From: Saccostrea echinata
Lineage: Eukaryota
Reading direction: 5' to 3'
DNA length: 64,000 nucleotides
Assembly: GCF_033153115.1 (NCBI RefSeq)
Contig: NW_026889803.1
Location: 55,986,001 to 56,050,000, forward strand
Below are positions 1-12,504 of this stretch, piece after piece. Both the position numbers and the translations under genes were made by a program. Below the pieces are notes generated by a model that saw only the letters and a program-made list of their open reading frames with translations, was not told the origin of the DNA and did not search any database. How positions within the stretch are numbered: the first letter of the stretch is position 1; each line of letters opens with the position of its first letter.

Positions 1-173
1 GATAATAGAAAAGTTGGAAGTAATCACATATTTCTTTGTCCTCCAGTTGATTAACTGACATCTTAATATGCCAACAAAAACAAATTAGCAAAACAAAACC
101 AAAAAAATCACACTTTTTAATTAAATGATAAAATCTATACAAAATATTTTTTGTGTATATAGATACATGATTC

Positions 174-770
174 AACAAGAGATGTTTATGAAACACTTAT
201 GCCCCCCCCCCCCCACAAATAATTGAATTTTTCTAAGTCCAAGAGACATAACTCTGTCAAAAATTGCTCGATAGAACTTGATCTAGATATTCATATGATA
301 CATCTGTAAAACAAAATTTCATTTCATTATGTCCAACCTCTGTGAAGAAAATGAACGGAAACTGCAAATAATTGGAATTTTTCAAAGTCTAAGGCGCATA
401 ATTCTGTCAAAAATTGCTTGATCGTACCCAAAACAAAACTTGACCTAGATATTCATATGATAAATCTGTAAATTAAATTTCATTTCAGTATAAGCAACCT
501 CTGCAAAGAAAATGAACGGAAACTGCAAATAATTGGAATTTTTCTAAGTCCAAGGGGCATAACTCTGTCAATAATTGCTTGATTGTACCCAAAACAGAAC
601 TTGACCTAGATATTCTTATGATAAATCTCCATACAAAATTTCATTTCAATATGAGCAACCTCTGCGAAGAAAATGAACGGAAACTGTTGGTGGACCGACA
701 GACAGACAGACTGACCAACAGACAGCAGCAAAGCAATATGCCCTCCCTTCTTCGAAGGGGGGCATAAAAA
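174..770 (+). mobile_element. Pearl/HINE-type (Helentron-associated) non-autonomous element
   Basis: ACAAGAG start, subterminal IR TTATGCCCCC/GGGGGCATAA, about 3 internal repeats of ~150-160 bp, (GACA)n tract, 3' hairpin ATGCCCTCCCTTC-TTC-GAAGGGGGGCAT. Confidence 0.75.
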
Positions 771-915
771 TCATTATTATCATATTATTTCAAATGACTA
801 TTAGAACAGTATTGCACAAGTACATATAAATAAAGCAAGCAAAGAACAAGTCATGAAATCAACAACATGTGAATAAAAAATTCTTCTCCTCAAATGTCAG
901 AATCTCTTAAACATT

Positions 916-3821
916 TTATCTTGCCAGTTCATAAGCGGGGGTAAGATAATTTTTTGGCACCAGACCAAATTTTCCATTGAGTTCTGCCACCCACCAGCTT
1001 TTGTCATCAAACTTTCGGCTAATGATGTACAGTTTATCACCACGTTTGAAGGCCAGTTCATTATTGCGATCAGCCCTGCAGTCATATTTACCCAAGAACA
1101 TGTTTTCGTAATCCTGATCAGGTGGAATCTGGGGCTCGGCGTTTTTCTCGGGCTTGGTCTCTATTGGCACTTCTGGAGGAGGAATACTTGGTGCTGGAAT
1201 GCTTGGAAGAGGCTTGTGTGTGGATGGTGGTGGGGTAGGAGGAACAGCAGGGAGAGGCTTCTTGGATCCAGGTATTTCAGGTAAGGATCTAGAAGGAGTG
1301 GGGGGTGGTGGTGTGGGGGGTGGTGGCTGTTGACCTGTCATACAATCATCATATTCCTCTTGAACATCATCTGGGTTGACAGTATCATCATAAATCTCGT
1401 CACAGGTGGGCTCGTCTGGGGGAGGTGGGCGGGGAATGGAGGGGGGGCCTTTGTTGACAGGTTTGGGGGGAGGTTCTGGCTCTTCAAGTGTGTCATCATA
1501 CAGTTCCTCTGGAGCTGCATTGTCTGCATTGTCCACATCTTCATAAACCTCTCCTGGTTCATCATCATCTGTTAGTAATTAATAAAATTAACAGAAGATT
1601 GTATTATATGAATGGAATTCTTAAAAAAAATTAATCCACTGAATTCAATTTGACAAAACAATTGTCTTACAATATTTGTTATGCAAATGTTTTTTTAATC
1701 ACTTTAGGTTGTTTTTTGTTTACTGACAATAAAAGGTTATATAATTATCATATTAGTTTTTCGGGTAGCCATTTGTTGTAAACTTCTAAAACCTGGAGTA
1801 ATGCTTTAACTTCAGATGAACTCTGTATCTTACTTAGTATGTTATCCTTGGAGGAAGCACTGAGAGCTCCTTTCATTATGGCAACCTTCCAGTCTTCATA
1901 GTCTTCCTTAGACTGAGCAACAAACTAATAAAAAAAAGAAGCATTTAATTAATCAAGCATGAATCTCAGAAACAGTCACAGAAATTTTTTAAGTGCATTT
2001 AAATCAAACCAGAAGTCTCTGATGAGACTGCAGCTCTACTGGTTTGTACTTATAATAAGAGAAAAGCAGCTGAGCACATGGACTTGAAACTTAGTAGCAA
2101 TGGCAACACCAATGAATAAGAGGTTAAGTTCACTTGTGAACCAAATTTCATTAAATTCAAACCAAAAACATTGGAGAAGTAAAAGTTTTAACAAATTCCA
2201 ACATTATCTTATTTTTACTAAATATTGCAAGTTGCAAAATTTTTCATCTAAATCAAAACCCAATTAACAGAACTACTGTAGATTCCTTAATATACATGAG
2301 GAATAAATTATCGCTTAATTTCAGGAGAAGCATCACTCCTATTCACTTGGGATATAAAATTACTCACTTTTATTTTCATGGCACTTAAATCCATGTAAAA
2401 TCTCTTGATCATCTGCCCAATCACAAATTGTTGTTCTCAGGATTTGAAGTGTATGAGACATTTCCCAATATTAAATACAGGTACTCGCATTAAAATAAGG
2501 AATCTACAGTATGTATCTTAGAGTAGTCTACTTGTGTACTAAATTATATATCAAAATTAGACCAAAACTGTAGGAAGAGTAGCTTTTTGAAAGAATTTCA
2601 CAGAAATTTCAATTATTAGTAATCATGGCAACACCGTTCATTGAAATCAAAAACTGAATCAGATATACAGAATTTTGTATCATAGTATAAACTTTAACAT
2701 ACAAAGTCTTACTGAAATCCAAACCAAAACTTGTAGGAGGAGTAGCATTTTGAAAGAATTTCACAGAAATTTCTATTTTTAATTATCATGGTAACACTAT
2801 TCATCAAAATCAAAAACTGATATACAGAATTATGTATCTTAGTATAGTCTTCTTCAGTACCTAGACTTTATTGAAATAGGACCAAAACTGTACTGGGAGT
2901 AGCACTTTGAAGAGTGATTTACAGACAGACAAACAGCTTGTTAGACAGATGAATGACAGATGCCTTACTAATGAATAAGCTCTTTTCCAGTAAAGCTAAT
3001 GAAAATGTACAAATATATCTGGGATTAAAATCAAAACTTTTACCTGGTACGTTCTTTTTGCAGGACAGACTAGTTGAAATCCCAGCTCCCGTCGAGCAGT
3101 GTCCTTTTTATCCACGACATCAGGAGCATCCTCCACAGTATATCCATTCAAGTAAAATGCTCCGTGCTGTTTACGTTCCTTGGCAGATTCATAATAATAG
3201 AAAATGTTGTTCTTGATGGCACACCATCGCTTCTGTAGTTTTGGACCACTAAATAACAGTTTTCCTGGTCATAGAGAATGATCACGTTAAAAACAAAACA
3301 ATGTATCATAGCCATGTTCAGATTTGATGTAAGAAAGATGAAGCAGTTTACCTTTCTTTTGTTTTTTCTCCAGGAATCCACATTTGAATGTGTCTGTTAG
3401 CTCCTGAGCAGGAATAGCTGGGATATCTGGAATAACAAAACCATAGTCAAAGACTAAATACACCAAAACCAAGTCAATAGACCAACTTAAGATTCAAAAA
3501 TAAAAAAAGCTCAGTCTGACATTTTATATTTTTTAAGTCACCTTAAGTCAGACAACAGGGAAAACAGCTGTCACACTATTCAAATCATATAACTCACAAC
3601 GTATCTTTCTAAAGGCAACATCATGTACATTTGGCAAATACAGTAATTACAGGCTAGGAAATATGGTTCATAGCAGCATAAAACATGACTGATAGTTTTA
3701 TACCCTGATTTATCAGCAGTGGTCAGGACTTAGTTGCCACATATGATTTCTCCTGCTTCATAAATGTCTAACATAGGATAATACTCACTTCTTCAGTAAA
3801 AAATAAACTCTCCTGAACTTT

Positions 3822-3852
<31 letters not shown>

Positions 3853-6800
3853 CTAAATACATGCATCTTCATGCAAGCACTAGTGATTCCTTCCATTATA
3901 AGTCTGAAGTGCACTAATTTAAAACTTCTCCATCCACAATCAAAGTCACAAAGCATGCATTCTTACTGGCATCTCCATACTGGTCATCATCATCAGCATT
4001 TGAACTACCTCCTGTCCTTGTTGATTCATCAGTAAAACTTAGGTCACCTGTAAATACAAACATGTTAGTTAAATGTACATAAATTTCTAGTGGCCGTCTC
4101 TGTTTTGAAAGGGAATTGAAAAAAAAATTAATAATTTTGCAGTACAACATTGATGCAAATCTGCTGCTGCATGGATTCATATCATGCATTAAAATATATC
4201 TATATTTAACAGTGCAACTGATTTGAAGTTAAATTGTTGCTTAATGTCTCACCAAGAATATTTCCTTGATATAGATAAATTCTTTGCAATTAATAAAACT
4301 TTTTTAAGAAAGCCACACTTTTTTTTAATTATCTGAAATATTATGAGTTTTGAGAAATAATGATTGCCTAACTCTGAGTAGAACTGTACCAGTGGACCTC
4401 TAGTTACAATGTGAGACATATGCACTAGAAACAGCTTTCAGATTTTTCTGAAATGATGCCAATTCAATTTTCTAACAGAAGGTAGAGATATGGAACAGTA
4501 TTTGAATTAAGTCATAACTGAAGGTAAAAATTTTATAATACATGTAGAAACAAATTGACTTTTAATTATAAAGTTATCTCCACTCCTCCTTAAAGAATGT
4601 GAGAAAACTCAACATGTCACAATCTATTCTCTCCCAATGACCTTAAATTTATTTTAATTAAGATCCATAAACTATAACCCATACAAAGGAAAAAAAAACA
4701 TGCAGTGTAATCATATACTTAAAGTATAAATGTTATGCCCCATGTTAAGAAGATAAACACATATTTAAAACGTGCAAACTTTGAATAAGTATCATAATGG
4801 CATTAAAAAAAATATTACCAATTGTATAAACTTAATATATAATTTTATAAAGCAATTCATTCAAATTGAAGAACTGGATAACAGTTTGCATAGGGTAATG
4901 AGCCCTCTTCCAACCATATAAAATTTATGACCCCTGGGTGCAGCTAGATTAAGGCTTCAGAGTGGGAATACATTAGGCCTATAGAAATTAAAAAAAAAAA
5001 ACTTCTTGACTCCTTTCTATTAAATTAATACCCAATTACTCAGGCCTTTTATTTCAATGTTCCTCAATTTCTTTAATAAAAAATAAGCCAAGCATTGTAA
5101 GACTTAATTCCTTTAAAATTAAAATAGGAAAAATAAGTAACCCATGTCCTTCAGCTTCACAGCTTACCCAAGAAAGACAATCTGTACATCCATCGTTTTC
5201 TTAAGGTGCCATGAACAGCAGTATCTTTAGATATTACACATCATGTTTAATTAAACTTATATCAGTAATATCAACATTTAGGTTTAATCTAAAAAGAAAT
5301 TAATATTTTCTTGTTGCCACTATTGAAATGAAAATAAAAACATCAACACTTTTCCCAGTCTATTATTTTATTAAAATTGGCATAGAAATTAATCTATCAT
5401 TCCTGGAAAAATAAAATGTTACACATTTTACAATACTGCAAATGTAGTAAAATTTAGACATGTGTTAATATGCAATTGAACTTGCACACTAGTTTTACAA
5501 ATACATGCACAAGTCACTCAAGTCATACACACACACAAATAAATAAATAATAATAATAAAAATTAAATATTATATTATCATATATTCCATCATTTAATGG
5601 AAAATAATACATGAAAATGATTTTACTACATTGCACCACTTTTTATGAATTTCGTTATCAACTTCAATGAACACATTCATGTTTAACAACAATGTTAAAT
5701 ATATATGCAAAAATATCACAGAATTGCTGCATATTCTATCACAGTCGGAAGGTTTTAAAGAAATATTTAAATACATCTCGTCAAAAGATTTTACACTTTT
5801 TAATACTTCTTTTCTTCTTGACTTGTAAAGCCGCTCGTGTGGCAGTCTCGAACACTTTTCGAACACCTTCCTGTGTTTTCGCGGAACACTCGATAAACGC
5901 AAAAGCGCGAATTTGTTCCGCAATAGCCTGTCCTTCCTGAGCTTTCACTGGCTCCTTCTTCTCCTGCTCCAGTTCTTTAATCACTTCCGGGTCAGTTCGG
6001 GTGTCTTTTTTATTTCCTACCAGAACGATGGGTACGTTGGGACAGAAATGCTTGACCTCGGGGGTCCACTTCTCCCTGATATTGACCAGACTGTCGGGGT
6101 TGTCTATAGAGTAACACATAAGAATAACGTCAGTGTCGGGATAAGATAATGGGCGGAGTCTGTCGTAGTCCTCCTGACCTGCCGTGTCCCACAGGGCCAG
6201 TTCTACTTGTTTATTATCAACTTCAATGTCCGCAACATAAGTCTCAAACACTGTAGGAATGTACACATCGGGGAACTGGTCTCGACTGAACACCATCAAT
6301 AAACACGTTTTCCCCGTAGATCCATCCCCAACTATCACCAATTTCTTCCTGACTTCCGCCATTCCAACTTCAGAGAATTCTTTCTTGGGTCGCATACAAC
6401 ACAAAGACATCTGCTGTTTGTTTATGCAATTGCTAACCGCTGTTAGGCTGTGTTTTTTATATACCTGTGTTGCCCTGTTCTATATTTAGTATTCCAAATT
6501 TAAATGCCCCGTGATTGGCTGGTTATTTCGGAACCTTACAGGTGTGTTGATTGTGTGTATATATTGTACCTATCTATTTCGAGTTCACCTATTAATTTAC
6601 AGTAAGTACTTCTACGCGGTGATATAAAAATTACAAGTAAGCTAGGGTTTTATCAAATGCAAGATGCATTTCTAATATTCTATCCCGAAAATACAGAAAT
6701 AATTTAATTTTTATCAATTGAAATAGAATACACGTGTGTTGATTTTTAATAATAAATACATTTTTAAAAGTTATACTTTCCTACCATTATTTTGTATTTT

Positions 6801-8039
6801 GCTGAGTGAAATTTTTACCTCTTGTGCTTATTAGAGACCAATAGTACTTATACACGCACGTAAAAGGTTCACTACACTGATATCTAGCTCTCTCTCTCCT
6901 TATAAAATAACTCCATTTATTCTCTTCGTATGTAGTATATCCCTTTCTATAGCTTTATATGTGTATACATCATAAAGTACATCATATGTACATCATAAAG
7001 TGCAAACCAGTATAAACATCTCGTACTTTGTAGAAATAAGCATTTTATTTCACTCCTCAAAGTCATCAAGACATACACTTATCTTACAAACAAAAGCATA
7101 CAATTTTAAACGCCTAATACAACTTACGATACACAACATCTGTAAGTGCCACTTTGTCTTATTTTTTTTTAAATAGTTACATGTAAGTTAAAATTGTGTG
7201 CACGATATAATGCGCTTGAAAAATAAGCTTATGAATGAAAGTTACCCCGAAAGTCAAACTGGGGAAAAATTCAAACCAAATCTGTAATTAAAGTTGCACA
7301 ATTTTTTTTAATGAAGTGAATATTGTGTTGTGTGTGAAAGGTTTACCTGCTTTTGTGTCTTCAGTTGGTTTCTCCGGGGCTAACTGGGTGAATTCCTCCC
7401 GCAGTCTCCCAATCTTGTCAAGGATTGTCTGTTTGTGGTCCTTGGAGGACTTTGATAAGGCTTCTTTCTTTATAGTTTCTACCAGAAACTTTTCCACATC
7501 TGTAATCAAGAAATCATATCTGATTTTAATATTATTGAGAGGGGGGGGGGGTTCAGTTTAATTTTTAATAATTTAAATGCAGTAGTTATCATGCTATACA
7601 AAGATGGTAATGAGAGAGAGAGAGAGAGAGAGAGGCTTGTTTCACTTTCAATGATTCAATTGCAGTAACTAACAGTTATCATTCGAATTCAATTCAAAAG
7701 TACACGGCACAAAAGTCTTAATTATTTGAACGTACCTGACTGATAAATATTAGGTACAGTATTGTTATGAGTTATTGGTCAGGGCTGTGGGGAATCAGAA
7801 ATGGGGGAGGGGGTCGGACCTGATTTGACTTGAATTTCAGATGACTTTTTTTCGTCATCAACCTTAAAGCATTGTTTGAAATAAAACAAAATTATATTTT
7901 TATGTCTCCGTGAATGAAATGTAGTTATGCATACAACTTTCAAAATGACTGCTATTGTCATGGAAACAGAGGTAGGTGAGTTCGGGGTGATATATGCTCT
8001 TGCTTTCAACTATAAAGCTTTGTCTTTGTGTATTTTATT

Positions 8040-8116
<77 letters not shown>

Positions 8117-11100
8117 TAACACCCCTTTAAAAAAACCAAAAAAATATTTTGCAACAAAATATTTGCACCATTAATCTGTTTGAAGTACTGTTTCTAGATC
8201 GTTTTCTTAAGTATTAAGAAAAAGCTTCAAAATGCACCAGAACTGACAGAAATGGTATTGCTCTTTTATTTTATAAAACATCTGGTTTAGGGAAGGAGTA
8301 GTCCTTCTATACTCTCCCTCGTATAGCCTTTTCTGAAACCTGAGAAAAGCCCCGAACGCCTCGGCACAATGTGTCCATGGGTAGGGTGTAAACTGGTTAA
8401 CCGTGTAAACTCGGGATGAGTATCGACTTGTGTATTAAGATACGAACTGATATGTATCACTTCTCATTTTCGTTCTATAAAAGTTTTTTTTTTAAAATAT
8501 CTTTTCAAAAGTTTTCATGCAATATTGACAGGAATAAATGTATTCTTCAATCTACAAATAAAATCTTTAGCCTATAAGGAAAAAATATACAAAATTCTAT
8601 TTCTCAAGAAAATAATACATGTATTACATTTTGTAAAGCAGTTAAATAGCGTATTTTTTTTTAAGTGTATGAAAAAAACTGTATTCCAGATTACCGACTT
8701 CAAGTAAAACGCATCACGATATATCGGTAAATCATTACACCCCTTTACGGACAGATGATACAAAACCAAGAAAATAACAACTTTAGTCATGTTCACATAA
8801 GTAAAATGATAAAAAAGTTTAACGGCATGGATAATCTGATTTTAATTTTACATTCCAAATTTCACAATAATGTCCTATAAATGATTAAAAAAAAAAACCC
8901 TGGGAATGTAAAGATTATAAGGAAGATAGCAGAAAGAACATCAGAGAAAGTTTACAATTTCTCAATATTTTCGAAATTTGATATTTGCATCATTTACCAC
9001 TAAAGTAGGTCCAAAAATATACACCAATCCAGGCATCCATTTTTTTGGGGGGGGGGGGGTTGTATCATCAGTCCTTTTTAATTAAATCACGAGGGTTTGA
9101 AAGGAGAACGCGTAGAGAATTTGGAATGGACAGATTGACTGATACTTTTTAATACGAAATACAAAAATATGACAATACTATAATGATAATATGAAAAATA
9201 TTAAAATAACTATGGTAACCCATTTTAATAATTGACACCAACATCGTGCGCGAAGTCGTTACGATTGTGTCATTTTTGGTCATGGAATATCTGTTCGGTT
9301 CCTATAGGCCTACGAAAGTTAAATATACTTTATATGCTTGCTTTCCAAAATCTATAGATATATTGTTTCTTCTCAGACACAATGAATCATGATGATATTA
9401 TGAGGTATATATTCTTTTAGGAAAGTACACATTAAAAACGGGTCAATTAAGCCCGTGTGAACACATGTAATGTCATTTATAAATAAACAAAATCGTATTT
9501 CTCGTACCTAAAAAAAAGAGAAGATTTTTAATGTACAAGAAATACAATTTTTTTAATTTGCAAATTTCAGCGATTTTCAATTTTTATTACAATCAGCATA
9601 ATTAGATAGACATAGAAAAAACACACAATACACAAAAATACACCATCCTGAAACCGAGCCCCTATATGAAGCCTTTTACCCGAGGATGACCCAATAAAGC
9701 CGTAGTAACTTATTTCCAACGGGGTTATCATTAGTTGCCACGAAATTTTCATATTATATGAAATGTATTTTAACAAATATTTGATACAATTATTGCTGTT
9801 TTTAGGCCAATAATATACAATTATTGCTGGTTTTTGAGGTGGGCGAGGTGAATATTGTACTTCGAAGGTGGCTAAATCATCGTATTGACCGAAAAAACAG
9901 CAATAATTGTTTTATTATATGATTCAATGATTGTAATAAATGACACACACTCATTAAGTAAGCCATGCCATCTTACTTGTTCACATCTACTGAAGTACTA
10001 GCCGAACATAATGAGAGAAACGGGGTTAAAAACAACCAGTTGTATTATTTTGGAATTTTTAATTCTAGTTTAGGTCCAATGTAGAAAAAAATGTCAGGAA
10101 TATATAGAGGATTGATTTTGGAAAAGGGATATTAAAAGGGAAAAATGACAACTTACCTGAAAACAAATCTTTGACTAGCCCCCCCCTCTCCCCCGCAAAA
10201 AAAAGGGAAAAGAATTCTCCCAACTCAAAATTTTATTTGGTGGTATGTAAAGATCCATAAAAGAGTGAAGGGGGATTTCATTGATTTTTTTTTATCCTTA
10301 AAATCTAAATTAAAACTTTACATTCTCAAAAGGTAGGGAGAGGGGCAGGCCTTCTGCAGTCCCCCCCCCCCCCAACCCTCATCCAAGATTCCATCTACCT
10401 TAAGTTAATGTTATGTTCATATGAGTGGAAGTCAGGTGCGAGTGAAATAACTTTCCAAAACTATTTGCATCGATTTGGAATTTCCCTATCTATTTTTGGT
10501 CCAATGTAGAATAAATAATTCCTTATATTGACCTGGAAGGTCATGTGCAGGTCAATATAACATAGTATTTTTCTAACATTGTTGGATCTCAGCCAATCAG
10601 AAAGATGGGAATTATTCAATTATGAATCATATAATAAAATGATTTAGACACCTGAGGAGTACAATATTCACCGAGCCCGAAGGCCGAGGTGAATACTGTA
10701 CTTCGAAGGTGGCTAAATCATCATATTGACCGAAATAACAACAATAATTGTTTTATTATATGATTCAAAGATTAGATGATAAAACACATTAAACAGTCCA
10801 TTCCAACTTACTTGCTTACAATGCCATTTAGCTGTAGTACAGTCCTAGCCAAAGGGGGTTAAAATACACATAACCAGATGTATTAATTTTGAATTTTAAA
10901 ATCTATTTTAGATGTGATGTAAAAGAAAATAAATGTCATACAGGTTTAAAGGATCAAATTTAAAAAATAAAAAGAGGGGGTGGGGGTAGGTCAGCATTAT
11001 AAGGGAAATAAAAAACATTTTTACCTAAAAAAAAAAAATATAGTCAACTAGTCCCCTCAAAAGAGGATAATTCTCCAACCTCCAAATTTTATTTGGGGGA

Positions 11101-11689
11101 TGTCAAGGTCAATTAATAGGGAGACCAGCCTTTCAATGAACATTTTATACTAAATTAAAAGTAAAAATTTCAATAAAAAGTATGGCGAAGGGCGCAGACC
11201 ACGGCACCTCTCACTACCACTCTCGATTCTATGTGCCTGAATGTTATGGTCACCTGAGTAGAAGTCGGATGCAAGTGAAATAACTTTCCAGTACTATTTG
11301 TATCAATATGGAATTTCCAAATCTATTTTTAGTCCAATGTAGAAAAAAATAAATCCTTATATTCACCTGGAAGGTCACGTGCAGGTGAATATAACGTGGT
11401 ATTTTTTCTACAATGTTGGATGTCAGCCAATCAGAGAGATAGGATTAATTCAATCATATTATAATAATTTTCATTACTGAATGAAGTTATCCCCACTCGC
11501 CTGTATTAATCGAATTCAATGCAGACAATATAGCCTTTTGATTTTACTCTCGAAAATCCTCGATAATCTAAACAATTTTTACCACGTGCAATCGTTACAT
11601 GTAAAACTTAACTCAGTTATTTCGTTGTGGAATAAATCACATTGCTTACCATTTATAAATTCCTTAAATGTTTCGTAAATGGCTGTCAT
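916..11689 (-). CDS. SKAP2: Src kinase-associated phosphoprotein (SKAP1/SKAP2 family adaptor: dimerisation helix, PH, Tyr/Pro-rich linker, SH3); 7 coding exons
   Basis: Exons with GT-AG and consistent phases: 11650-11689 ([13 protein letters not shown]), 7347-7499 ([17 protein letters not shown]..., SKAP N-terminal dimerisation motif), 3967-4047, 3352-3426 (CGFLEKKQK), 3044-3264 ([16 protein letters not shown]...[10 protein letters not shown]), 1834-1924 ([12 protein letters not shown]), 916-1568 (Pro-rich region, then SH3 [34 protein letters not shown]). Confidence 0.88.
2276..2509. mobile_element. Tc1/mariner-type MITE
   Basis: TIR CTGTAGATTCCTTA / TAAGGAATCTACAG flanked by TA. Confidence 0.75.
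2512..2999 (+). mobile_element. HINE-like fragment with ~160-bp repeats
   Basis: ACCAAAACT(T)GTA.. recurs at 2561, 2723 and 2881, followed by (ACAG)n. Confidence 0.55.
5781..6410 (-). CDS. RHOA: RhoA/Rho1-like small GTPase, intronless, nested in SKAP intron 2
   Basis: 209-aa ORF with [15 protein letters not shown], Yx[33 protein letters not shown], a polybasic tail and CaaX (CKIF). The RhoA-equivalent Met is at 6360-6362. It is probably a paralog rather than the main RhoA ortholog. Confidence 0.93.
   Translation of the reverse strand: MSLCCMRPKKEFSEVGMAEVRKKLVIVGDGSTGKTCLLMVFSRDQFPDVYIPTVFETYVADIEVDNKQVELALWDTAGQEDYDRLRPLSYPDTDVILMCYSIDNPDSLVNIREKWTPEVKHFCPNVPIVLVGNKKDTRTDPEVIKELEQEKKEPVKAQEGQAIAEQIRAFAFIECSAKTQEGVRKVFETATRAALQVKKKRSIKKCKIF
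6455..6520 (-). promoter_or_regulatory. Putative Rho promoter: CCAAT box, MEF2 site, TATA box
   Basis: Minus strand reads AGCCAATCA (6512-6520), CTAAATATAG (6480-6489, MEF2 consensus) and TATATAAAA (6455-6463), about 45 nt before the first ATG. Confidence 0.55.
8045..8114. repeat. (TA)n microsatellite
   Basis: Perfect TA run. Confidence 0.98.
8745..9077. mobile_element. Kolobok-like MITE, copy 1
   Basis: Ends GGACAGATGATACAA / TTGTATCATCAGTCC; internally homologous to 12505-12837. Confidence 0.6.
9842..11466. mobile_element. Tandem dimer (~830-bp units) of a palindrome-bearing non-autonomous element (possibly Crypton-type)
   Basis: Both units share GAGGTGAATA.TGTACTTCGAAGGTGGCTAAATCATC, the hairpin TATATT(G/C)ACCTG...CAGGT(C/G)AATATAA and the end AGCCAATCAGA...CATAT(T)ATAATAA. 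An imperfect palindrome lies at 10639-10721. Confidence 0.6.
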
Positions 11690-12504
11690 TTTGCTAAAGG
11701 AAAGTGCTAAAATTCATACCAGTAACCAGGAAGAAACTGACTTTCTCTACTTCCTTGTTTACATTTTTTTTTCGTAATTGGGGATCTCGAACCCGACGAA
11801 AACAGAAATCGTTCCGGTATTCATGCTTTGGCAATATCCATATGTTATTGTTTTTGTTTAACCAGTGAAATATACTGAAATAATCGACTTTATAAAAAAT
11901 AAAACATAAAAATAAGTTCAATTAAAATATTTTATTTAATATTTTTAATGCATAATGTTGAAAAAAATACATCCCCTCTCAGACTCTTAAACAGGTCATC
12001 AAGTCTGCAAAGCATTTTTTATGTATTAAAATCATATCAATGAGCTAATGCAAAATGCTCAAACTTTTATTGTAACAAATCAACAATCTTTCATAAAAAT
12101 GAACATCTGCTTAATGTATTAAAACTTTAAACAAAATCATGTACATGTATTTTAAATTTTTAGAGGCAGAATTCTGTTGAAAATGGTATGATAATCTTTT
12201 ATTATTACATTGCTTTATTTAGAAGGGATCCATAGGTGAAAAAAGATTTTCAACATCAATATAAATTATAAAACTCCTTACTTAATGTGTCTGTACGTGT
12301 CTATTAGAATGTATTTAATTTTTGATTTCTTAAAATCATAATATACATCAATTTAGCAAGATTTATTCCAACTGATTTCGATTTAAAAAAAAAAATTAAA
12401 TGCCTTTTTCATATAAAAATATCTGGATAACAGTCAGTGGATCCTAAAAATTTATTAGCATATACAGTACTTCACCAAAACCTGAATTTTTACACTACTA
12501 TTTG

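Noticed and set aside
579-767. ORFs with DRQTDR, VRPS or YIYI repeats (also 33383-33568, 54389-54775, 7927-8115, 18829-19182)
   Set aside because: Translations of microsatellites and HINE sequence, not genes.
1793-1833. Longer version of SKAP exon 6 ending at CAG|GTTTTA
   Set aside because: It is phase 0 and incompatible with the phase-1 acceptor at 1568. The GTAAGA donor at 1833 fits.
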